A DNA stretch of 22,368 nt. It comes from an uncultured bacterium (GTDB taxonomy: Bacteria; Krumholzibacteriota; Krumholzibacteriia; Krumholzibacteriales; Krumholzibacteriaceae). Positions within the stretch are counted from its first letter, which is position 1; every line of letters begins with the position of its first letter. Made by a program: the position numbers and the translations under genes. The notes under the pieces are model-generated. The model ran no database searches, was not told the origin of the DNA, and saw only the letters and a list, made by a program, of their open reading frames with translations. The stretch spans positions 1-22,368 of the forward strand of contig CBDUYR010000046.1 in assembly GCA_965371515.1 (NCBI GenBank), in the 5' to 3' direction. This document shows positions 16,024-22,368 of this stretch, piece by piece.

Positions 16024-17228
16024 TATTTTCCAGAGCTCCCCGTCTTACCGTGTTTTACCTTCATGCCTTCAGTTACTATCTTCATCGGTGAAGTGACGAT
16101 CAGGTCTCCGCTTTCCAGCCCGGAAAGGATAAGGACCTCGTCCCTGTCATACCTGGCAATTTCGACTTGTCTGAAGCGGATCCTGCTCTCGTGGTCCACT
16201 ATGTAGACGATGCTTCCCTCACGGAGCGAGCCACGGGGGAGCCAGATAGCGTTCGGCAGGGTGACTCCTTCGATCTCTACGCGTACGAAGAGACCCACCG
16301 CGAGCGGCGGCATCTTGTCATAGGGCCGCTCTACCCGGACGATGACGTTGACCATCCTCGTCCTGGCGTCGAGGCGGCCTTCGGTGCGCATCAGTTTCGC
16401 CTCACGGATTACCGTCTGGCCGGCGATATCGGCGATGACTCTTGCCTCCGACTCTCCGGTGTCGCCGGCTGTGAAACCGGGTACATCGATCCAGCGAAGG
16501 TCGACGTCCTCGAGCGGAACCGAGATCTCGGCCGCTTCGACTGAGAACAGGGTTCCGAGTCTCTGGCCTGCGCCGACAAACTGTCCCAGGTCGACAGACT
16601 TGGAACTGATCCGTCCGTCGAACGGGGCCTTGATATTCGTCCTATCGAGATTGAGTCTCGCCTTGTCGAGATCGGCCTTCGCTCCGGCCAGCGCAGCATT
16701 TGCGGCGGCAAGCTGCGGCTCTTTCGCCACGAGCGGGGGAGGGGAGGTCTTGTCATCGCTGCCGTTCTGTATCTCCCATTCCTCGCGGGCTGCCTCGGCC
16801 TCTTCCTCGGTCAGCATCAGTCTGCTCTCGAGGTCCTTGACCCGTGCCCGGGCCGCCTTTACGGCCAACTCGTAATCGACCGGATCGATGCGAAAAAGCA
16901 CGTCTCCCTTCGAGAACATCCCGCCGTCGACAAGAGCGGGGGACATGAACACGACCCTGCCGCCTACCTGCGGCACGAGATCGATCTCACGGAGGGGAGA
17001 GACGGTGCCCTCGCCGGTGATCCTGACCCTCGTCGGGCCCACATCGGCTGCTTTCACATTCACCCTCGGAGCGGGCAGTGTCATACGCTGCCTCGTCACC
17101 TCTTCGCGTGATGTCATCATCACAGCGAATATCATGAGTGCCGCAACGATGAGGAGCGCAACGACAGATGCCTGGAAGGCGCCGGGCCTCTTGTCCCTGA
17201 ATTCGAGTATCTTTTCCTTGAGACTCAT
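16023..17228 (-). CDS. RND periplasmic adaptor (membrane fusion protein)
   Basis: N-terminal TM, PQVGGRVV...KGDVLFRID lipoyl half, coiled coil, IKAPFDGRI, GLESGDLIV. TAATG coupling to the permease. Confidence 0.95.
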   Translation of the reverse strand: MSLKEKILEFRDKRPGAFQASVVALLIVAALMIFAVMMTSREEVTRQRMTLPAPRVNVKAADVGPTRVRITGEGTVSPLREIDLVPQVGGRVVFMSPALVDGGMFSKGDVLFRIDPVDYELAVKAARARVKDLESRLMLTEEEAEAAREEWEIQNGSDDKTSPPPLVAKEPQLAAANAALAGAKADLDKARLNLDRTNIKAPFDGRISSKSVDLGQFVGAGQRLGTLFSVEAAEISVPLEDVDLRWIDVPGFTAGDTGESEARVIADIAGQTVIREAKLMRTEGRLDARTRMVNVIVRVERPYDKMPPLAVGLFVRVEIEGVTLPNAIWLPRGSLREGSIVYIVDHESRIRFRQVEIARYDRDEVLILSGLESGDLIVTSPMKIVTEGMKVKHGKTGSSGK

Positions 17229-18679
17229 CGGTTCTCTTCCTCCGTATTATCGGGTTCGATCCAGTTGCCGCCGAGGGCGCGGTGAAGCGTGACGCGGTTG
17301 GTCAGTATGGCGAGGTCAACGAGAACGAGGCTGTCTTCTGCCTGGAACCTCGCCGCCCACGCATCGAGTACCGTAATATATTCGATAAGACCGCGGTCGT
17401 ACCTGCTCTGTGCAATGGTGAGTGTAATGCGTGCCTTATCGAGAAATTCGATGATATATTCGCGCTTTTCGAGTTGTTCCTTCCTGGTCAACAGGGCGCC
17501 CTCTACCTCGGCGAAAGCGCCGAGTACCGTTTTGGCGTAGTCAATCAGACCCTGTTCGTATCTCGCCCGCGCCGCGTCTTTCTCGGTGAGCAGCATCTGC
17601 GAGTTGAATATCGGCTGGGTGATCCCTGCGAAGAGGTTCCACAGAATCTGGTCGGGCCTGAAGAGTCCGTCGAGCTCCCTGCTCGTGTAACCGTAATTGC
17701 CCGTGAGGGTGATGCTGGGGAAGAGATTGCCTATGGCTACGCCGTACCTTGCGTTGAGCGCCCGCAGCCTCTCCTCGGCTCCCCTCACGTCGGGCCTCGA
17801 CGCAAGAAGGTCGGAGGGAAGTCCTGCCGGTACGGGGGCGAGGCGCTTGAAATAATCCTCGGGATGTTCCCTCGGAGGAGAGGATTCAGGGTACCGGCCT
17901 AGTATGACGGCGAGTCTGTGCTGAAGCTTGCCGAGCTCCTGCCTGTACTGGGGGAGTATCGATCTGGCGTTGGCGAGCGAGCGCTGCGCCTGAGTCAGGT
18001 CGAGGACGTTTGTGAGACCGCGCTTGTAGCGCGCCTCGATCGTCCTCACGCTTTTCGCGTAGCTGTCGATGAGATCCTCTGATATCTGGATCCTTCGCTC
18101 TGTAGCCTCGATCTGGAAGTAGAGAGTCGCTGTCTCCGCAATGATCGACTGGATGATCGTGTTCCTGTTCTCGATCGACCCGGCGAGATCGGCGCGGGCC
18201 GCCTCGTGGGCCCTCGACCACTTGCCCCAGAGGTCCCACTCGTACGAGGCACCGAGAGAGAGGTTCCAGCTCTCCGTTGTGCCGCTGACAGAACCGCCCT
18301 GGGTGTTGTATGCGTCGGGCAACTTCTGCTTGGACCAGTCACCGCCCATCATAATCGATGGGAGCCTGTCGGCTAGTGCCTTGCGGCTGTAGGCGGCCAT
18401 TTCTGCCACCGACGCTGTGGCCTTCCTGATATCGAGGTTGTTCACTGCCGATTCCTCAACGATCCTGTTGAGAGTGGTGTCCCCGAAGACCTCCCACCAG
18501 CGGATCTGCGGAAGGACCGAGGTGGTGTCGCCGTCGGCCTGAACAAACGAGTCGGGAGCGTCGAATTCCACCACTTCCTCGGGACGCTCGTAATCGGGGC
18601 CGACCCTGAAGCCGACGCCGCACGAAGCGAGGAGTGCTGCGGTGGACAGTGCGATGATTATTCGGAATCGTAGTTTCAA
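17225..18679 (-). CDS. Outer-membrane efflux lipoprotein (TolC/NodT/OprM family)
   Basis: Lipobox LASC, VGPDYERP, WWEVFGDTTL, NNLDIRKA, YEWDLWG, GLPSDLLASRPDV, LHRALGGNW. Start TTG 18679 (AGGAAG upstream) preferred over ATG 18721. Confidence 0.95.
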   Translation of the reverse strand: MKLRFRIIIALSTAALLASCGVGFRVGPDYERPEEVVEFDAPDSFVQADGDTTSVLPQIRWWEVFGDTTLNRIVEESAVNNLDIRKATASVAEMAAYSRKALADRLPSIMMGGDWSKQKLPDAYNTQGGSVSGTTESWNLSLGASYEWDLWGKWSRAHEAARADLAGSIENRNTIIQSIIAETATLYFQIEATERRIQISEDLIDSYAKSVRTIEARYKRGLTNVLDLTQAQRSLANARSILPQYRQELGKLQHRLAVILGRYPESSPPREHPEDYFKRLAPVPAGLPSDLLASRPDVRGAEERLRALNARYGVAIGNLFPSITLTGNYGYTSRELDGLFRPDQILWNLFAGITQPIFNSQMLLTEKDAARARYEQGLIDYAKTVLGAFAEVEGALLTRKEQLEKREYIIEFLDKARITLTIAQSRYDRGLIEYITVLDAWAARFQAEDSLVLVDLAILTNRVTLHRALGGNWIEPDNTEEENR

Positions 18680-18719
18680 ATATCTTCCTGCAATCAAGAT
18701 TGATGATGGCCGAATCAGC

Positions 18720-18728
18720 ATTTTATCA
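18720..18728 (-). promoter_or_regulatory. Putative extended -10 promoter (TGATAAAAT) for the efflux operon
   Basis: TGnTAAAAT in an AT-rich intergenic stretch, 40 nt upstream of TTG 18679. Confidence 0.4.
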
Positions 18729-18787
18729 AATATCTCCGAAATTATCTAACGTCATGCTATCGAATAATAATATTTCGGGCGAAAGCG

Positions 18788-18812
18788 CTGCCTTGACCGG
18801 GGTCAAGCGCAG
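18788..18812. promoter_or_regulatory. Palindrome CTTGACC-GG-GGTCAAG (TTGAC-N4-GTCAA): operator-like site or terminator hairpin
   Basis: Perfect 7-bp arms at 18792-18798 and 18801-18807, extendable by CTGC/GCAG with one bulge. Confidence 0.45.
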
Positions 18813-18823
18813 TCGAGTTCCTC

Positions 18824-19270
18824 TCAGTCGCCCGAATGGTCATCTTCGTGGCGTTTTCCTCTCCCGGGTCCGCGCCCGCGGCGCCCGCTTCTTCTCTTCT
18901 TCATCATCTCGCGGATCTCCTCCATCCTTTCCTCGAGGACTTTCACCTGTTCCTCGTCGAGGAGGGCCTTGATCCTGTCGAACTGCCGCGTAGCCGCTGT
19001 CTCAAGAGAATCGCCGAATTCAGAGGACAGCCTGTTCATCTCGGGCATCGTTTCCTCGATGATCCTGTCGACCTCAGTGTGCTGTTCGTCGGTCAGATCC
19101 ATTCCCCTGAGCGCATGATGTACGACACGGGCGTTCATGTGCGCAGGCCCTCTCTCGATAAACTCTTTCACGTGTTTTCTGATGATCAGGCCAGAACCGA
19201 AGAATCCGACGGCGATGCCGCTGAGAAACAGCAGAACCATCCCGATCCATATCCTTGTCTTTCCCTGCAT
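18824..19270 (-). CDS. Membrane-anchored periplasmic helical protein, Spy/CpxP/ZraP/CnrX-like sensor
   Basis: Start ATG 19270 after GGAAGGA. N-terminal TM, MDLTDEQHTEV and LLDEEQVKVL (LTxxQ-like motifs), His/Met-containing, basic Gly/Arg tail. Confidence 0.7.
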   Translation of the reverse strand: MQGKTRIWIGMVLLFLSGIAVGFFGSGLIIRKHVKEFIERGPAHMNARVVHHALRGMDLTDEQHTEVDRIIEETMPEMNRLSSEFGDSLETAATRQFDRIKALLDEEQVKVLEERMEEIREMMKKRRSGRRGRGPGRGKRHEDDHSGD

Positions 19271-19303
19271 TGTCAATTCCTTCCCTGCTCGTCTGCCGGA
19301 CCG

Positions 19304-19615
19304 TTACACGAACGGCGAGGAGAAGAGCATGCTCGCCGGATCGTCGAGCAGCTTCACGGCCAGGTCCTGGTACGGCACGATGCCGGTCGACAGGGTCCAT
19401 GCCACGAGGGCTAGTGCGGCCGCCGCCGCGGCAATCGAGACGCGAAGGACGAGGCTGCTGAATCCGTTGGTCGAGGAATATTCCGCAGCGGACGAAGCAG
19501 TCCTGATCGTGGACATGACGCCCGCCTTCCAGTCCTCTCCCGGATTGATCTCGCCGGCATCCCGCCATCCGGCGGCGAGGAGCCTGTCGATCCTGTCCCT
19601 TTCATTCTGGTTCAT
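19304..19615 (-). CDS. Small single-pass anti-sigma factor (putative)
   Basis: 103 aa, ATGA overlap with the ECF sigma stop. IDRLLAAG...PGEDWKAGVMSTI then TM VSIAAAAAALALVAWTL. Confidence 0.7.
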   Translation of the reverse strand: MNQNERDRIDRLLAAGWRDAGEINPGEDWKAGVMSTIRTASSAAEYSSTNGFSSLVLRVSIAAAAAALALVAWTLSTGIVPYQDLAVKLLDDPASMLFSSPFV

Positions 19616-20199
19616 TTTCTTTCCTCCAGCTTTTCCAGTATCTTCTTCAGTTTCTTTCTCGACCTGTGTGCTCTCACCTTTACGTTGGCAACGCTCCAGC
19701 CGAGCAGGTCGGCCGCCTCCCTGACCGGTCTCTCCTCGAGGTGGACGAGCTCGATCACTGCCCTGTCGGCGGGGGAGAGGTGCGCGAGGGCCCTCATTAC
19801 GACATCCCGCGCCATCATCCTCGACTCGGTCCTGTCGAAAGATGTCTCCGGCTCTCCCGCTTTCGTGTTCTCGAGCCAGTCAGCGTGTTCCTCGTCGAGC
19901 GAACTCATCGGGGATTCCTTCGAACGGTATCGCTCGCGCCAGTAATCATGGCATGTCCGTACCGCTATCTTCGAGAGCCACCACTGAAAGGGGCTCTCGC
20001 CCCTATATGAAGCGAGGGAAGACCAGGTCCTTACGAACACGTCATGAGACACTTCATCGACGTCCTCACGGGGAACGCGTCTCCCGACGATCCGGAAGAC
20101 GTGTTCCCTGTGCCTGTCTATCAACCTGCCGAACTCGTTCGACTTTCCTTCGAGCACTTCGCTGATGATATTCTGATCGTATCTTTCCTCGGTCTCCAT
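19612..20199 (-). CDS. ECF-family RNA polymerase sigma factor
   Basis: EFGRLIDRH, VDEVSHDVFVRTW, FQWWLSKIAVRTCHDYWR, region 4 VREAADLLGWSVANVKVRAHRSRKKL. Start at ATG 20199 or 20226; uncertain. Confidence 0.93.
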   Translation of the reverse strand: METEERYDQNIISEVLEGKSNEFGRLIDRHREHVFRIVGRRVPREDVDEVSHDVFVRTWSSLASYRGESPFQWWLSKIAVRTCHDYWRERYRSKESPMSSLDEEHADWLENTKAGEPETSFDRTESRMMARDVVMRALAHLSPADRAVIELVHLEERPVREAADLLGWSVANVKVRAHRSRKKLKKILEKLEERK

Positions 20200-20252
20200 G
20201 CTCTCTCTCGAAACAGGCAGGCTCATTACGTATGCGGCGCTGAGGCTCAAAG

Positions 20253-20882
20253 CTACCTGGCGCGCCGTTCCCGACGTTCTTCACGGTGATCGTTCCTGAG
20301 CTCGTGGAGCTCGCGAAGTTTCTTCATCTGGTCTTCGTCCAGGACCTTCGCGAACTTTTCCTCGGTCTCGTCGCGGTGCCTCTTGATGCGGCGTTGCATC
20401 TTCTCGCGGTTCTTCTCGAATTCGCGTCTCTCTCTGCGCATGCGGCCCCGCATCTCTGTGCGGTCGACTCTATCACAGTCGCTGTGACGGTGCACACGAT
20501 TCCTTCGAGCTTCGTGTCTGCCGTACATTTCCCTGTCTTGGCGCCCGGTCATCATACGGCTGTCGAATTTCATTCTCTTCTCGTGCTGCTTGGCCAGTAT
20601 TCCTCTGATTTCCTCAGCCTGTTTCTCCGAGAGATCAAGCACGATCTCGAGATATTCCACATGTCCTACCGGATCGGCTCCGATATAGTGCGGGCCGGAG
20701 TGTGACCTGTCGGCAAAGTTTCTGCCGCCCCTGCCCTCTCCATATCCGTATTGACCGTCCTGTCCACTGGCGGAGAGCGGTGAGAAGAGTACCAGGCCGA
20801 ACAGTGCCAGGAGGAGGGCTGCGCCGCCAGTGAACCTGACCAGCCTCTCGAATCCCGTTTTCTTTCCTGTGATCGAGTTCAT
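20253..20882 (-). CDS. Exported Spy/CpxP-like (LTxxQ) helical protein, Arg/Glu/His/Met-rich
   Basis: GGAGGT RBS, signal peptide ending LSASG, LDLSEKQAEEIRGIL and VLDEDQMKKL motifs flanking a highly charged insert. Confidence 0.75.
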   Translation of the reverse strand: MNSITGKKTGFERLVRFTGGAALLLALFGLVLFSPLSASGQDGQYGYGEGRGGRNFADRSHSGPHYIGADPVGHVEYLEIVLDLSEKQAEEIRGILAKQHEKRMKFDSRMMTGRQDREMYGRHEARRNRVHRHSDCDRVDRTEMRGRMRRERREFEKNREKMQRRIKRHRDETEEKFAKVLDEDQMKKLRELHELRNDHREERRERRAR

Positions 20883-20937
20883 CTCGATACCTCCATGGTT
20901 GATGTTTAAGAGCTCTACCGCGGCTCTTAATGTCAGT

Positions 20938-20964
20938 GTCGGTTCAAAGGGGAGGGAGGTTACA
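20938..20964 (-). promoter_or_regulatory. Putative ECF promoter TGTAAC-N17-CGAC for the Spy-like/sigma/anti-sigma operon
   Basis: Minus strand TGTAAC ctccctcccctttgaac CGAC, 55 nt upstream of ATG 20882. Followed by an 8-bp inverted repeat TTAAGAGC-N9-GCTCTTAA (20906-20930). Confidence 0.6.
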
Positions 20965-21124
20965 TCTTTGTAGACTCCGGTCAGATTTATATTCTACCTG
21001 GAGCCGGATCCGTCATATAATCCACAGCGATAATCATGACGATATTGAAAAGTCTGATATGGCGCTTCCTGCTGCTGAGCAGGGTTTTCATCTCCGGCCT
21101 GACTTTCGGAGGCGTCAAGAGCTG

Positions 21125-22309
21125 ATGGCAGAAAAGCGCTTCAGGAATGTCTATCTCCTCGGTCTCGTAAGCCTTTTTACTGATTTATCCAGCCAGATGA
21201 TCTTCCCTCTGCTGCCGCTCTTTATGATATCTGTCCTTGGAGCCGGCGCGATGATGGTCGGGCTTGTCGAAGGAGGGGCCGAGGCTGTCGCCTCGATTCT
21301 GAAGGCCGTATCGGGGATGTGGTCCGATCGTGTGCGCAGGCGCAAGCCGTTCATCGTTGCCGGGTACGCGATGAGCGCACTGGCCAAACCGCTGTTCGCC
21401 GTTGCAGGCTCATGGGCAGGAGTGCTCGGCATCAGATTGACGGAAAGGGTGGGGAAGGGGCTGCGCAACGCCCCTCGCGACGCCCTGATCGCAGAGTCGG
21501 TCGATGCGGAGAACAGGGGAAGGGCGTTCGGATTCCACAGGTCGATGGACGGGATCGGCTCTGTCCTCGGCGCGCTCGCGGCTTTCCTGCTGCTGCCCAC
21601 ACTGGGATTCAGGAAGCTTTTCCTCGTGGCGATCATCCCCGGGGTGATAGCGATATTCTTCACGCTGCTCATCGTCGAGAGGTGCAGGAACGGAACGAAG
21701 GAAAAGGAAGAATCAGGGACCCAAAGGCGGAAGATCAGCTTCCGCGTCCTTCCCTCGAATCTCAAACTCTATATATTTGCCTCATCCGTTTTTACTCTCG
21801 GACACTTCGGATATCCATTCCTGCTGCTCAGGGCGAAAGATGTCGGGCTCACCGACGTGAGGGCCATACTCTTCTACGTTGTCTTCTATGTCGTCTATAC
21901 GATCGTGTCGATTCCGGCGGGTGCACTGTCGGACAGGATAGGGCGGAAGCCCGTGCTGATGTTCTGCTACCCGTTCTTCGGCGCGATCTCGGTCCTGCTC
22001 TGGCTGTCGGCGACTCCCTGGATGGTTTTAACATGCTTCGCTCTCTACGGATTATTCTACGGGATGATAGACGGAGTGCAGAGGGCGTTCGTTGTGGACC
22101 TCGCGCCCGCCGAACTCAAGGCGACGGCGCTCGGGGCGTTCCATTCCGCGATAGGCTTGGCCGCACTGCCGGGGGGTCTTATATCGGGTATTCTCTGGCA
22201 GCAGATATCACCATCGGCCACATTTGTCTTTGGCGCCGTGATGAGTCTCGTCGGCATGCTGCTGGTCGCGCTCGTGGCTGTCCCCGGGTTGCGTAATCAG
22301 AGCACCTAA
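21125..22309 (+). CDS. MFS transporter (394 aa)
   Basis: Start ATG 21125 (MAEKRFRNVYLLG; GGAGG 12 nt upstream). Motif A in both halves: GMWSDRVRRRKP and GALSDRIGRKP. About 12 hydrophobic segments. Confidence 0.93.
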   Translation: MAEKRFRNVYLLGLVSLFTDLSSQMIFPLLPLFMISVLGAGAMMVGLVEGGAEAVASILKAVSGMWSDRVRRRKPFIVAGYAMSALAKPLFAVAGSWAGVLGIRLTERVGKGLRNAPRDALIAESVDAENRGRAFGFHRSMDGIGSVLGALAAFLLLPTLGFRKLFLVAIIPGVIAIFFTLLIVERCRNGTKEKEESGTQRRKISFRVLPSNLKLYIFASSVFTLGHFGYPFLLLRAKDVGLTDVRAILFYVVFYVVYTIVSIPAGALSDRIGRKPVLMFCYPFFGAISVLLWLSATPWMVLTCFALYGLFYGMIDGVQRAFVVDLAPAELKATALGAFHSAIGLAALPGGLISGILWQQISPSATFVFGAVMSLVGMLLVALVAVPGLRNQST

Positions 22310-22368
22310 GATGCTCTGCCTTACAAACAGGGGGTCACCCAGATCTGCGATCTCGAAGTCCTTCTTGG

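Noticed and set aside
20930..21124. 65-aa N-terminal extension of the MFS ORF
   Set aside because: Overlaps the divergent promoter region; the first TM follows MAEKRFRN at 21125.
22298..22368. 7-bp inverted repeat around the MFS stop (22298-22318) and a possible convergent gene end at the right edge
   Set aside because: No U-tract, and too little sequence to choose a reading frame or assign a product.

Overview
GC-rich window from a diderm bacterium (Omp85-like and TolC-type outer-membrane proteins). No rRNA, tRNA, CRISPR array or mobile element was seen. There are four blocks. (1) 1-7604, minus strand: an RsbW/RsbV-like partner-switch pair, then ECF sigma factor, membrane anti-sigma, a 651-aa membrane-anchored protein built of about 48 tandem 12-aa repeats, a ~1000-aa HExxH metallopeptidase + beta-propeller + Omp85-like barrel protein, and a PrsW-family intramembrane protease that runs off the left edge and is absent from the ORF track. 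This is the most interesting part. The sigma gene and the repeat gene share an upstream CCAAC-N16-TGTATTTA motif. The anti-sigma and the repeat protein share a juxtamembrane TIGA motif. Together these suggest an uncharacterised protease-coupled, ECF-regulated export or surface-assembly system. (2) 7803-10896, plus strand: oxidative pentose-phosphate genes gnd-zwf-pgl. (3) 10967-12867, plus strand: a SagB/ThcOx-type nitroreductase with a signal peptide, coupled to an ATP-grasp enzyme. (4) 12883-20882, minus strand: a second ECF/anti-sigma pair flanked by two Spy/CpxP-like helical proteins, followed by a tripartite RND efflux pump. A divergent MFS transporter closes the window. All family calls come from motifs recognised by eye; no database search was run.
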